DNA of 63,924 nt, filler included, from Octopus bimaculoides (GCF_001194135.2; 7 parts of 7 records of this genome joined end to end with filler, not necessarily neighbours in it), one strand, 5' to 3'; positions 38,311 through 51,910 are shown, numbered from the whole stretch's first letter. The notes: generated by a model from the letters alone, not told the origin. Program-made: numbers and translations.

Positions 38311-39949
38311 TTTGAATTCTCAACTTTTTTTTATATATTTCACTTTTACTAGTTTCAGTCACTGGATTGCGACCGTACTGGGATACTGCCTTAAAGGGTT
38401 TGGGTCAAATAGATTGGCCCCCAGTGCTTATTTTTAAAGTCTGGTACTTATTCTATCAGTTCTTTTGCCGAACCACTAAGTTACGGAGATGTAAACAAAC
38501 CAACACTGGCTGTCAAGAGGTGGTGAGAGACAAAGACGCGCGCGCACGCACGACGGGCTATAGCAAAAGATCTTTGACCAAGGTGCTGCATTGTAGGACT
38601 GAACCCAAAATCACATGTGAGCTTCTTAACCACATGGCCATGCCTGCACATTTTTGCTTCTCCCTTCAGTTGTCGACTAACTGTTCCCATGAAATATTAA
38701 CCACATCAGTTTTAGTCGTCTCGCGAAATCTGTGAAAGCCAAGCGAATTTTTTAAAATATAAAAAATAAAAAGTTTGTGTTATTCAAGTTCAACCAATAT
38801 TCTTGGTTTATACACACACAAATCGAACACATGCAATTTCTTGTGGTTGAATTAGTTGGGATTTTATGTTTGTTTGGGAGTTTAATGTGAATAGTTTATG
38901 TATCTACCGTCCATAGTATCCATATTTAAGTCAATTCTTTTACTTGTTTCAGTCATTTGACTGCGGCCATGCTGAAGCACTGCCTTAAAGGGGTTTTTAG
39001 TCAAAGAAATCCACCCCAGGACTTATTCTTTGTAAGCCTAGTACTTATGCTATCGGTCTCTTATGCCAAACCGCTAAGTTATGGGGACGTAAACACACCA
39101 ACATCGGTTGTCAAGCGATGGTAGAGGTACAAAGACACACACATAAATATATACAATATCTATATATGTATACGATGGACTTCTTTCAGTTTCCATCTAC
39201 CAAATCCACTCACAAATCTTTGGTTGTCCCGAGGCTATAGTAGAATACACTTGCCCAGGGTGCCACTGAACCTGGAACCATGTGGTTGGGAAGTAAGCTT
39301 CTTATCACACAGCTACCCCTGTGCCTATAACATATTTAATATAGGGAGCATTAAAAAGTTATCAAGAAATAATTTTTCAAGTGAGGTAGAAAAAAAAACT
39401 ATACATTAGTCATTAACTAATGTTATTTTTGGCAAGTGTAGACGTAATTTCATATAGGTTTCAGTCTTATTTGACTTCTTCAGCAAAGTAGTGATGCAAA
39501 AGAATGTTCACTCATTTGACATAGAAACTAGAATTGCTTAGATAATAAACTACAGTGTTTCACTGATGAGGTCAGATTAAGGCTAAAAACATGTAAAAAC
39601 ATGTCCAGAGTTGTTTCCTATACTTGCCAAAATAATTAAAATAAAATTTATGTCTAAAAGTGTTTTTTTTTTCTTTTTCCTTCACTGCACAATCATTTCT
39701 AGTTAACATGATGATATTTCTTGCATTAAATATTATCAACAGTAATTTAACTATTGTCACATAGATTCATATAGATGGCATGTATTTGAATACATATTTA
39801 CCAGCTGCATGAATTTTTCTGTGTGAGTACACCAAAAGTATCTATATAAACAGTGGAGGACAGGTCTGCTTAGGCAGGACCAATGATCAAAGACATTCAA
39901 GTCATGACTGACCCGTCTTTTTTTTTTCCTCAGATGTAGTATTTCTAGG

Positions 39950-40341
39950 GGTGGAAGCGCAATAGCCCAGAGGTTAGGGCAGCAGACTCGCGGTCATAGG
40001 ATCGCGGTTTCGATTCCCAGACCGAGCGTTGTGAGTGTTTATTGAGCGAAAACACCTAAAGCTCCATGAGGCTCCAGCAGGGAATGGTGGCGAACCCTGC
40101 TGTACTCTTTCACCACAACTTTCTCTCACTCTTACTTCCTGTTTCTGTTGTGCTTGTAATTCAAAGGGTCAGCCTTGTCACACTGTGTCACGCTGAATAT
40201 CCCCGAGAACTACATTAAGAGTGCTCGTGTCTGTGGAGTGCTCAGCCACTTACATGCTAATTTCACAAGCAGGCTGTTCCGATGATCAGATCAACTGGAA
40301 CCCTCGATGTCGTAAGCGACGGAGTGCCAACAACAACAACA
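39950..40341 (+). mobile_element. Family C SINE, copy 2, 12 bp TSD
   Basis: Highly similar to copy 1 with a (CAA)n tail. TSD AGTATTTCTAGG at 39938-39949 and 40342-40353. Confidence 0.9.
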
Positions 40342-40695
40342 AGTATTTCTAGGACTGCTTTGTTTAAGATGGTAAGGAGTGATTTGAGGNNNNNNNNNNA
40401 GTAACAATTAGTGAAATGTTAATGACATTTGAACAAAGTTTTGTGTTTGTCTGGAAAGCTATACTCTCTTTACTTGTTTCAGTCATTTGACTGTGGCCAT
40501 GCTGGAGCACCGCCTTTAGTCGAGCAAATCGACCCCAGAACTTATTCTTTGTACGCCTAGTACTTAATCTATCGGTTTCTTTTGCCGAACCGCTAAGTTA
40601 CGGGGACGTAAACGCTCCAGCATCAGTTGTCAAACAATGTTGAGGGGACAAACACAGACACACAAACATATACACACACACATACATATATATAT

Positions 40696-40814
40696 CATCA
40701 TCATCATCATCATCATCGTTTAACGTCCGCTTTCCATGCTAGCATGGGTTGGACGATTTGACTGAGGACTGGTGAAACCGGATGGCAACACCAGGCTCCA
40801 GTCTAATTTGGCAG
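40696..40814 (-). mobile_element. RTE-tailed element 3' end, near-identical to 4274-4390
   Basis: (CAT)n-cgtttaacgtccgctttccatgctagcatgggttggacgatttgactgaggactgg..., cut by a gap. Confidence 0.7.
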
Positions 40815-40914
40815 NNNNNNNNNNNNNNNNNNNNNNNNNNNNNNNNNNNNNNNNNNNNTTAATTAATTAANNNNNNNNNNNNNNNNNNNNNNNNNNNNNN
40901 NNNNNNNNNNNNNN

Positions 40915-40967
<53 letters not shown>

Positions 40968-41469
40968 TGCACACATGCATGTACAAACATACACACATAT
41001 ATTTATATATAACGAGCTTTCTCATAGTTTCCGTCCACTAATTTCTCTCACAAGGTATTGATCGTCCTGGAGATATAGAAGAAATCCTTTGCTCGGAGTA
41101 CTGAGTTGTGGGACTGAACCCAGAACCCCGTTGTTCCGAAGCAAGTTCCTTAACCGTACAGCCATGTCTGCACCTTGAATAGTATCGACCCGGCTAACGT
41201 TTAGTTAAAAACAGTCGCGAACATCAATAATACCAGCATAAACGTAATTATACATGTAGTTGCCATAATTGGTACAAGCAAAAGTAGTACAGCAGGTCCG
41301 TGAACTAAATTCATAATTTCATATGTAATTCATTTGGTAACGATGGTAATGATGATGATGATGATGGTGGGTGGTGGTGGTGTTGGTGATGGGTGGTGGT
41401 GAGAAGTGGATTTTGGTGGCGGTTTCGTTCAACATCCTTAAATGACACTTATTGAAGGACCTTTTGAAC

Positions 41470-41712
41470 AGGATGGGCTACTCGACCTGAAGAAAATTCC
41501 TACTGGGCCCCACCCGCGAGGTCATGCGCTGTTTATCTTGATATGAGATCACCATGTCGCGCACATATGGTTGTGATGCATGTGCCTGGTGTACCCTTAT
41601 CGGACGGGTAGTCATGATGGGTATACTGGGTTTCGTATATTTGTACCCCAGTATCACTTTGATGGTACGCAATGCTCTCTCACTCAATAATAATAATAAT
41701 AATAATAATAAT
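41470..41712 (+). mobile_element. 3' end of a retroposed repeat with (AAT)n tail, family unassigned
   Basis: GC-richer segment ending ...ctctctcactcAATAATAAT. No coding homology recognised. Confidence 0.4.
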
Positions 41713-42014
41713 TTATCACTGGTACTTAATTTATCGACCCCCGAAAGAAGGCCAAATCGACCTCGACAGAATTTGAACGAATTTGAACGAAATGAATCGG
41801 AAGAAATACAAGTAGCCATTCTTTCCACGAATAATTCTGCCAGTTCGCAACAACAATGACAATGACAACAGCAAAAATAATAATAATAATAATAATAAAA
41901 GTGATGATAACAATAATACTTATACTAATGATAATAATAATGAGAAGGATAAAAAGAAGGAAGAGAAAAAGAAGAAGAGAGGAAAAAAGAAGAATGCTTC
42001 AGACTAATTGAACA

Positions 42015-42497
42015 GACATTGTCATTAAAGACTGGGTAGAAAATACTTGTAGACTAATAGCTGTAAGTGTTCCCACCGATGAAAATATACATGTGAAGGA
42101 ATTTGATATATTAAGTAAATATAAGGACCTGGAAATTGAAATGCAAAAGATGTGGCATCTTAAAGCGAGAACTGTTCATCTTATTGTAGGTGCCATTGGT
42201 ATGATAAAAAATGGATGTTAGAGAAACGTCTAGATAATATCCCAGGAGAACCATGCCTCAGAGAAATCCCAAAGATTGTGACGACAGGTACTGCCCACAT
42301 CTTTAGAAAAACCCTATCAATTTAAATGTCTGTGTTCTATTACATGAAGATATTTCGCTACTGCCCCTGCCACCTCCTTTCCCGAAGCTTTCAGTCAAAC
42401 TGTAACATCTTTTATCCTTCATTTTCCCTAGGACGCTGGGAGTGTCTCGGCGAGTGATTGTAACAACCATGCAGATTAAAAGTAAATAATAATAATA
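42015..42497 (+). mobile_element. R4/Dong-type (RLE) non-LTR retrotransposon, endonuclease and 3' UTR fragment
   Basis: DIVIKD...LIAVSVP.DENI..KE...LSKYKDLEIE..KMW.LK...IVGAIGMI, then after a frameshift IPGEPCL.EI.KIV..GTAHI.RKTLSI*. This matches PD-(D/E)xK RLE domains, and an (AAT)n tail follows. Confidence 0.85.
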
Positions 42498-42968
42498 GTT
42501 TTAATTTTGGCACAAGGCTAGCAATTTTGTGGGAGGGACAAGTGAATTACATCGACCCCAGTGTTGCACAGATATTTGTTTTATCGAATCCAAAGGATGA
42601 AAGACAAAATCGATCTCGGTAGAATTTAAACTCAGAAAGTATAGCCAGACGAAATGCCGCTAAGCATTTTGCCCGGCGTGCTAACAATTCTACCAAGGCT
42701 CCAACGTAGCTGTGTGGATAACAAGCTTGCTTCCCAAACATGTAGCCTTAGGTTCAGTCACACTGTGCGGCACTTCAGGCAGGAATCCTCTACTGACAAC
42801 GAGTGCTGGTTAGTTTACGTTCTGTTAACTGGTGATTCGGAAAAAAAAGACTGGTACAATAAGTCCCAAACTTACAAAAAGCAAAGTACTCGTGTCGATC
42901 AGTTCGACTAAAACCATTCAAGGTGGTGCCCCAGCTTGGCCGTAGTCAGATGACGGAAACGAGTGGAA
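42485..42968. mobile_element. Reverse family B SINE (about 42485-42695) abutting a forward family A SINE (about 42705-42968)
   Basis: Reverse-complement family B head and tail, followed by gctgtgtggataacaagcttgcttcccaaacatg. Confidence 0.65.
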
Positions 42969-43986
42969 GATGAAAGATAATAGATGAAAGGTGAAAGATT
43001 TGCTAGAAACCCTACTACAGAAAGTTCACGGCTCCATAAGAGTAGTTGATATGAAATTCGTTTTGGAAAAATGTTCATAGACAACATTAAAGAGAGAAAA
43101 AAATTATTATTAATAAAAAAAAAGTCCTCCGACTAATATCGTGTTTTATACAGCAACACAAGTAAGAACGAGAGTAAACACAAACTTAAGCATAGATGGG
43201 AATTGATGGTGTACAACGAGTAGCACATATATAAATGAAAGAAACAGCTACAAATGAATGAGATAGACGCATTAGATTATGCTTAAAAGAGATGTAAGTA
43301 CATAAAACCAAGTAATAGGCATTAACGCTTTAGTCGAGCTTCTGAAAAACTATAGGTTTAATATTCTCAACTGGAAGTTAAGTCAATTTGTACGTGTAGA
43401 GGAGAGAAATAAGGAGAAATAATGAGAGTATTAAAAGCAGACTTTGGGAAATTATATTTACCAAGAATACGGATAGGTAGAGGCCTGTTGCAAGTAGAGA
43501 ATATAAAACGCGACCGTACGATATAAATATATATATCTCGGAGAGATTAAATGGTATAAAATTCTACCTCACTTCGAGGAAACCAGCATATATTTGTATA
43601 TATGTATATATGGATATACGTGATTATACATACATATATATATATTTACATGGATGTACGTGAATATGGATATATATGTATATATATATATATCATACAT
43701 ATTGATATGCATTCTTATACACGTACTTACATAGACACATACACACGTTTATATATACGGTGACTTACATATATACGAATGAATAAAGTGACATGCAAAT
43801 AAATACATGTATATGCATATGTGTGTATGTATGCGTGTATGTGTGTGTGTGTGTGTGAAACAGACTGGGTTTGCACATGTACGTATATTTATAGACATAC
43901 ATATACGCACGTGCATACATAGATACGTGTGCGAATGCGTATGAAAGCGTCTATGATTTATTCAATATTCTTAGTACATGCATACT

Positions 43987-44024
<38 letters not shown>

Positions 44025-44048
44025 GAGAGAGAGAGAGAAAGAGAGATA

Positions 44049-44250
44049 CAGCAATCCCACGACTATCGCGGATGTTAGGTTCCAAAACACCCTAATAATC
44101 AAAATCTAAAAACAATCTAAATACCTATCGGCCGCAGAAACCCGCGATATAATGAGGAGACCGCGATATAAATTTACATACATTAGCCAGAAAAATCCGC
44201 GATGTACTGAGAGCGCGATAGGTGAACCGCGATATGACGTGGGGTTACTG
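44049..44250. mobile_element. Tigger/pogo-type Tc1-mariner MITE, 202 bp
   Basis: TA at both ends; TIRs CAGCAATCCCACGACTATCGCGG / CCGCGATATGACGTGGGGTTACTG. Confidence 0.8.
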
Positions 44251-44613
44251 TATATATAACAGACGTTTTATACACACACACACACATATATATATAAGTC
44301 AAAGATGTATGTGCACTAAAAGTCGAGATGTATATTTAGTCAGACTATATCAGGATTAGATGGGAACAAGAAATGCTACAGTATGGCCAGTTCAGTATAT
44401 GATAGAAGAGTGCTGGATTCACAGTTGAAACCGAAGGATTCTCAATCGTGGCATAAGATGAACACCTCCACATGTGAAACTACGGAGTGTAGGAGGAAAC
44501 AGTTCGCTATATTGATTCTGGTTTGGGAGTCATATGGAAGAAGGATAGACCTACAGACATGACTCATGTTGAAGTTTTACATTACGGGTTACGTCAGTAT
44601 TATACAATATCAA

Positions 44614-45004
44614 GTGGAGGCGCAATGGCCCAGTGGTTAGGGCAGCGGACTCGTGGTCATAGAATCGCGGTTTCGATTCCCAGACCGGGCGTTGTGAGTG
44701 TTTATTGAGCGAAAACACCTGAAGCTCCACGAGGCTCCGGCAGGGGATGGTGGCGAACCCTGCTGTACTCTTTCACCACAACTTTCTCTCACTCTTACTT
44801 CCTGTTTCTGTTGTGCCTGTAATTCAAAGGGTCAGCCTTGTCACACTCTGTGTCACGCTGAATATCCCCCGAGAACTACATTAAGGGTACACGTGTCTGT
44901 GGAGTGCTCAGCCACTTGCACGTTTATTTCACGAGCAGGCTGTTCCGTTGATCGGATCAACTGGAACCCTTGACGTCGTAAGCGACGGAGTGCCAACAAC
45001 AACA
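44614..45004 (+). mobile_element. Family C SINE, copy 3, 12 bp TSD
   Basis: TSD ATACAATATCAA at 44602-44613 and 45005-45016, with a (CAA)n tail. Confidence 0.9.
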
Positions 45005-45256
45005 ATACAATATCAATAGAAATAGATGGACTCTGTGCATTAAAAAGCAGCTATATTCTGTGCTACGATAATCATTGCTAGAGAGATATGAAGGCTAATT
45101 GAACAGATAATGTAACTGATGATGGAGATAAAAAATGTCTACGAATGATAGTGGTGAACGTCATCAGCGGACGCTCGACCTGAGACTTACTCTGAAGCAA
45201 GGTTTTGATACTGCGCTTAATGCATAATTTCAAAACCTTAATTATATATATATATA

Positions 45257-46312
45257 GGCGTAGGGGTAGCTGTGTGGTAAGTAGCTCGCTTACGAACCAC
45301 ATAGTTCCGGGTTCAGTCCCACTGCGTGGCACCTTGGGCAAGTGTCTTCTACTATAGCCTCGGGCCGACCAAGGCCTTGTGAGTGGATTTGGTAGATGGA
45401 AACTGAAAGAAGCCTGTCGTATATATGTATATATATATAACAATAACGCTAGCAACAACAGATGATCAAGTATCAGCACCACTGCAGACATTATCAACAC
45501 CACCACCAATACCATAATCATACACAACCACCACCATAATCACCATCACCATCACCAACTCCACCACAGCCACGACCACCACCACCACTCCCAGCACCAC
45601 CACCAATACCATAATCATACACAACCACCACCATAATCACCATCACCATCACCNNNNNNNNNNNNNNNNNNNNNNNNNNNNNNNNNNNNNNNNNNNNTTA
45701 ATTAATTAANNNNNNNNNNNNNNNNNNNNNNNNNNNNNNNNNNNNNNNNNNNNGTGTGTGTGTGTGTGTGTGTGTTTGTGTGTGTGTCTTTTATTGTATA
45801 TACCTATATACCTCTGCATATTCCGCTTACTGTCTGAATGTATATCTACGCATAATTGATATCCATTATATATAGGTGTGGGTATATGTGTGTGGGTTTG
45901 TGACTGCATGTGTGTTATGAACGAGGCAATAATTATTCTATTATTCTCATAAATCGATAACTGACTGATTTGATTATCAATGGAGAAAATGAAAACATTT
46001 GTAAAAATTCATGGTGGAATAGATAATATCGTTTATTGTTGTTGTTAACCCCTACTAAACCCGAATAAATCTATATGAGCTAAGTTAATACATACATGAC
46101 CATCGAACCAGTTTCCCCAAAAGCATTGTTTTTTGTACAATGATATTTAAGCGATCTTTTATTTCAGGCGTGGCTTTGTTGTAAGAAGTGTTCTTTCCAA
46201 CCAAATGGTTATGGGTTAAGTCCCACTGCATGACGCCTTAGGCAGGTGTCTTCTGCTATAGCCTCGGGCCGACCTTCTGGGTGGATTTGGTAGATTAGGA
46301 ACTGAAAACCCA
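45257..46312 (+). mobile_element. Two family A SINE heads (about 45257-45437 and 46167-46312)
   Basis: Match to the family A head sequence. Confidence 0.75.
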
Positions 46313-47130
46313 TGGTCTCTCTNNNNNNNNNNNNNNNNNNNNNNNNNNNNNNNNNNNNNNNNNNNNNNNNNNNNNNNNNNNNNNNNNNNNNNNNNNNNNN
46401 NNNNNNNNNNNNNNNNNNNNNNNNNNNNNNNNNNNNNNNNNNNNNNNNNNNNNNNNNNNNNNNNNNNNNNNNNNNNNNNNNNNNNNNNNNNNNNNNNNNN
46501 NNNNNNNNNNNNNNNNNNNNNNNNNNNNNNNNNNNNNNNNNNNNNNNNNNNNNNNNNNNNNNNNNNNNNNNNNNNNNNNNNNNNNNNNNNNNNNNNNNNN
46601 NNNNNNNNNNNNNNNNNNNNNNNNNNNNNNNNNNNNNNNNNNNNNNNNNNNNNNNNNNNNNNNNNNNNNNNNNNNNNNNNNNNNNNNNNNNNNNNNNNNN
46701 NNNNNNNNNNNNNNNNNNNNNNNNNNNNNNNNNNNNNNNNNNNNNNNNNNNNNNNNNNNNNNNNNNNNNNNNNNNNNNNNNNNNNNNNNNNNNNNNNNNN
46801 NNNNNNNNNNNNNNNNNNNNNNNNNNNNNNNNNNNNNNNNNNNNNNNNNNNNNNNNNNNNNNNNNNNNNNNNNNNNNNNNNNNNNNNNNNNNNNNNNNNN
46901 NNNNNNNNNNNNNNNNNNNNNNNNNNNNNNNNNNNNNNNNNNNNNNNNNNNNNNNNNNNNNNNNNNNNNNNNNNNNNNNNNNTATATATATATATATATA
47001 TATATATGCGTGTGGGTGTGCGTGTATCTATGTATATGCTTTTATATATAAATATATATATACACGTATATATACACATATATATATATATGTATGTATA
47101 TGTACCTCTCTCATATATATATATAGATGT

Positions 47131-47206
<76 letters not shown>

Positions 47207-47214
47207 TGAGAATC

Positions 47215-47385
47215 TGCAAAAAGCAAAAGACGAAGACGGGTGTGTAAACAACAAACTGATGTATTAGTTTAACGCTCGTGAAGTTAGATAGTCTGTTACG
47301 TTTCGAGCCTACGCTCTTCGATAGAAAGGAACACAGAAATAAACAGGGAGAGAAAAAGGGAAAAGGTTCAGTGGCTAGCGATATA
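47215..47385 (-). mobile_element. Penelope-like terminal fragment with a degenerate hammerhead-like motif (47291-47328)
   Basis: Minus strand reads tttcta TCGAAGA G-CGTAGGCT-C GAAA CGTA acagac, i.e. GAAAC plus a palindromic ACGT; helix I pairs poorly. Confidence 0.35.
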
Positions 47386-47734
47386 TATATATATATTCTT
47401 ATATGAATGTATTGAAAACCATCTACATGGCTTTATATCCAAGGCGTAGGTACGGTTGTTATATGAGGGTGTTTAAGCTACTATGTCTGGCAGATCTCGT
47501 GACTCTCCAAAGGCACGCGCATTGCATCGAGGTGTCCTGTGCAGACCGTTTAATTACCAACTTCATATACAGATGCATGCAAATGTAACAATGTCGCCCT
47601 CCGGAGATGATACCAGGAGACTACAACGTCCATATGATAGACAATTTAGTTAAGGAAACCTATTTTATAAAGTGTGTACATTTGTCCAACATTTGGCAAT
47701 TGCCGTTTCCGTAATTGCTGTTGTTGAAATTGTG

Positions 47735-47766
<32 letters not shown>

Positions 47767-48463
47767 AGCGATAAGCGCGCGTGTGTCTATTTGGGAATAT
47801 GTGTGTGAGAGCTTTTGTATCCGTGCGTGTGCTAATATATTGGTGAGAACATGTGTATATGTATAGATGTGTATACATATACATACATATATACATACAC
47901 ATACATATATATATATATATATATGCGTGTGTGTATATATGTATATNNNNNNNNNNNNNNNNNNNNNNNNNNNNNNNNNNNNNNNNNNNNNNNNNNNNNN
48001 NNNNNNNNNNNNNNNNNNNNNNNNNNNNNNNNNNNNNNNNNNNNNNNNNNNNNNNNNNNNNNNNNNNNNNNNNNNNTATATATATATACATATATATACA
48101 TATATATACATATATATATATACATATATGTACATATACATTTGAGCTTACATATATTCGTGTATCAATATCTGTGTATGCATATATAATCGTGCGTCTG
48201 AATGTATGTCTGTGTTCGTATGTGTATGTATGTATACATGCTTATATATACGTATACAATGAGGTATACATTCATACTCTACTATTCATCACACATTCAA
48301 TATCCTGCAACAGCGGACAACGAGTAGATTGTGTAGTGCCTCTGCCGGCAGCGTAGCTTGAAAATGGCCAATTATCACCCGGCCATATATATACACACAT
48401 ACAAACATACATACATGCTTATATATACGTATGTGTGTCCGTGTGTCTTTGTGTGTCTCTGTG

Positions 48464-48508
<45 letters not shown>

Positions 48509-48844
48509 GCAGATCGATAGATAGATAGATACGTATATGCATACATACTTATATACTTATATGAACAGTGATGTGTTGTAGCGGTTGAAGTAAACCATCT
48601 GTGGAAGGTAGTTGATTGCTTAAGACTGAATGTCTGAAATGTTGATGTGTTCTGGGAGTTGGTGTATTGGGTTGGTGTAGAAGCATGACCACCAGAATTT
48701 GGCAGAGCGGGGTGAAGATATAGCATCTTTTTCTGATGCCACTGTCGCCATTTTCTTTGCAGGAATGCATTGTAAACGCATCGACAATGGCGAACTATAA
48801 TGGCATCACCTAGATACCTGACTGACCATACTACTCGAAACACC

Positions 48845-49001
48845 ATTGCTATTGTTGTTGTTGTTGTTGTTGTTCTGGTGGTGGTGGTGGTGGTGGTGGT
48901 AGTGGCAGTAGCGATTGCGGTGATGATGATGGTGATTATTTTGGTGGTCATTATTGTAGAAGTCAACGCCGTTGTTATTCTGAATATCTTCATCAACGTC
49001 G

Positions 49002-49032
<31 letters not shown>

Positions 49033-49095
49033 AAGCAGTAACACCAACACCAACATCATTATAATCCTCATCGGCATTATCATAATCGTCACCAA

Positions 49096-49136
<41 letters not shown>

Positions 49137-49333
49137 CCATCAACACCATCATCACCATGATCATCAACTTCGTCTTTATCATCAACTCCATCGCCAGCAG
49201 CGTCATCATCGTCACCGTGCACATCGTGTTCGTCATGAACGTTATCCTCGTCTTCCACCCCTTCCGCATCACTATCATCATCATCATGAGCCTTTTCATC
49301 ATCATCGTTAGTCTTTGTCGCTGCCTTCATCAC

Positions 49334-49375
<42 letters not shown>

Positions 49376-49386
49376 TATCACCACCG

Positions 49387-49464
<78 letters not shown>

Positions 49465-49615
49465 CCATCGCCATCGCTGTTATTAGACCCTCATTCTCAC
49501 CGTGATCGCCATCACGCCGATCGCTACAATACATAACTCCACACTCGCTACCAAAACTACCACAACTACCACCACCACCACCACCAACTCTGCCACCAGG
49601 ACCACCACCACCACN
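48845..49615. repeat. Degenerate triplet-repeat block (GTT, GGT, CAT, CAC)
   Basis: Low-complexity sequence; several overlapping homopolymeric ORFs on both strands. Confidence 0.85.
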
Positions 49616-50395
49616 NNNNNNNNNNNNNNNNNNNNNNNNNNNNNNNNNNNNNNNNNNNTTAATTAATTAANNNNNNNNNNNNNNNNNNNNNNNNNNNNNN
49701 NNNNNNNNNNNNNNTATATATATACTTATGCATGTTTGTGTATGAACATAAAGAAAAATAAATTTGATGATAAAAAATCGGCATTCAAATTAACTTGTGA
49801 ATTCAGTGTGAAAATTGAGTGAAAGACATCTTTCTTACGGCTGGAAATGTGAATAACAAAATTTCTGACAGAGAATACGAATGTGTGTATTTCTGTACGT
49901 ATAGCGTATATCTGTATGTGCCTGTGTCCGTCTGTCTATCATGTGCATGTCTCCGTGTATGTGTGTATACGAGTAACGTGTATAAATACAGATATTCAAC
50001 GTTGATGTGCGTGTGTGTATGTGTGTGTTTGTGTGTGTGCGTGTCGATAGATAGATAGATACATAGATAGTTTTTTAATGTAAATACATATTTTACCTTC
50101 TTCTTTAATATGTTTCAGATTAAAATCGCCATATAGAGAACATATGGCTATGACAACAAATTATTCGCAAAATATTTCTAATTGGAGCCTGTTTATTTTC
50201 GTAGCGGGTGGTTTCTGGAGTCAAATTGTGTAAATTAGTGTAGTTATCCTAAACCTAACATTCTACGCAGCAGATTCTAATGTGAGTGTCAAAAATAACA
50301 GCCTATCGAAGTTTATCCATCCATCTATTTTCTCCACCCGCTATTTCTCAGTTAACGTCCCTGATTTCCTACCTTATGTACCCTGTTGAGTAATG

Positions 50396-50600
50396 TTACT
50401 CTATTTCGGCCGCTAGTATTCGCGATTGGATCTTTTCGGTCATTACCAAGCAGTCGTGACAATAGGAGAGTATAGGCACGAAAACCGAATTGAAGATTGC
50501 AAGTTTGGCTTTTTTTACTCGCTTCTCAGCTTTGAAGTTAAAAACAAAATGCAAAAGAAGAGGAACAGCCGAAACTTGAGGTTTTTGCGTCGAGATCCAT
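50396..50600 (-). mobile_element. RTE-clade LINE fragment
   Basis: KKAKLAIFNSVFVPILSYCHDCLVMTEKIQSRILAAEI matches the RTE post-RT motif (K..VF.S...PIL.YG.E.W.MT....SRI.AAEM). Confidence 0.75.
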
Positions 50601-51661
50601 AATACGATAGAAGAGGAGACTAACAGCCGGAATTTCGTGATTTTGATCAAACTGGAAAAGAAATTACGGCATGTGACACTCGGTCTCCAAAAGCCCTGTA
50701 TACTTTTTTGTTGTCCAAATTCAAGCTCGCTGGCTGAATATAATTTTCTTCAGACAAACTTTTTGCGAAGCAGTTTCTTCATTTAGCGCATCGTTCGTAT
50801 ATAGCATTTCATTATTTGTTTGCATGCGTAGTCTACTCGTGGCTCGTTGTTCAAATTTTGACTCGTTAAACGAATGGGTTTCCACTCCCTTATATGTGTG
50901 CGTAGTCTGCTCAAATTTCAGTTCATCATACGAGTTTAATTGTCTTCAGTAACAACCGTTCGTTATTCAATTTTTCGTATAGAGAACCGTTCGCATGAGT
51001 ATATCACTGTATACTGAATCAATTAAGATCTGAACACGCAGATACAAAACATTTACTTTAAAGCCTAAGGCATCTATTACGTAACGCATCATTCTCCATT
51101 CTTCACCATCCTCGTTGCCTTCCAGAAAAATTACCATGATTCCTTCTAATAACCTTTTAAACTTTGGTTTCAAAACAATGATTGTTTAGTGAAGGAACAG
51201 ACAACAAACTTCCTGAGATTGTGTTATTATTCGTGTTGTGGTTAGTGTTGTTATGGTTCCTGTAGTTTTTACTTTCGTTATTGTATTTATCGTTGCCATT
51301 TTCGTAAATATAGCTCTCTATTTTATTTACAAAATCATTTAGCAAGGCGAGTTACTTAACCTCTACATTTCTCAACCTACAAAACTATTTGCATTCATCT
51401 ATTGTATTCCTTCATACAGCATTACGCGGCTCCGATTTTCCCAGATAAATGTATACGCTTAACTTCTGCTAAAATATCTTTTCGGCCATCTTGGTTGAGT
51501 AAGTTTATTTTCAACTGGTCTTTCACTCGAGTAACTCTGCCTTTAGTGTTTGTTATCAACACCTTTCACGTCAAACAACAACCGTCTTTACAAATGTACT
51601 GTTAGCAGAATTACTATTATCATCACCATCATCATCACCACCATCATCATCGTCGTCGTCG

Positions 51662-51711
<50 letters not shown>

Positions 51712-51863
51712 ATCATCCTTATTACTATTGTTATTATTTATCTGAAGTAATTGTGAGAGTATGACGAAGAGAGGAGAGAAGAGGAGAGAGACAGGATTCG
51801 AAATATTATATATACCATGAATATATATATGCGTGTGTGTGTCTGTGTGTGTGTGTGTGTATA

Positions 51864-51910
<47 letters not shown>

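Larger units (their letters stand above)
38343..41170 (-). mobile_element. Series of reverse family A SINEs (about 38343-38648, 38935-39328, 40462-40695, 41005-41170)
   Basis: Each matches the reverse complement of family A tail and/or head. Confidence 0.75.
43170..45080 (+). mobile_element. Second, older R4/Dong-type LINE remnant interrupted by nested insertions
   Basis: 43290-43510: NQVIGINAL...YRFNILNW and ADFGKLYLPRIRIGRGLLQVE (RT thumb). 44410-44610: GFTVETEGF..A*DEHL and ETVRYIDSG...VLHYGLRQYY (zinc-knuckle region). Collinear with the RLE LINE domain order. Confidence 0.7.

Noticed and set aside
41478-41859. Overlapping ORFs of 116 and 101 aa
   Set aside because: They span a retroposon 3' end, an (AAT)n tail and a SINE fragment, with no protein motif.
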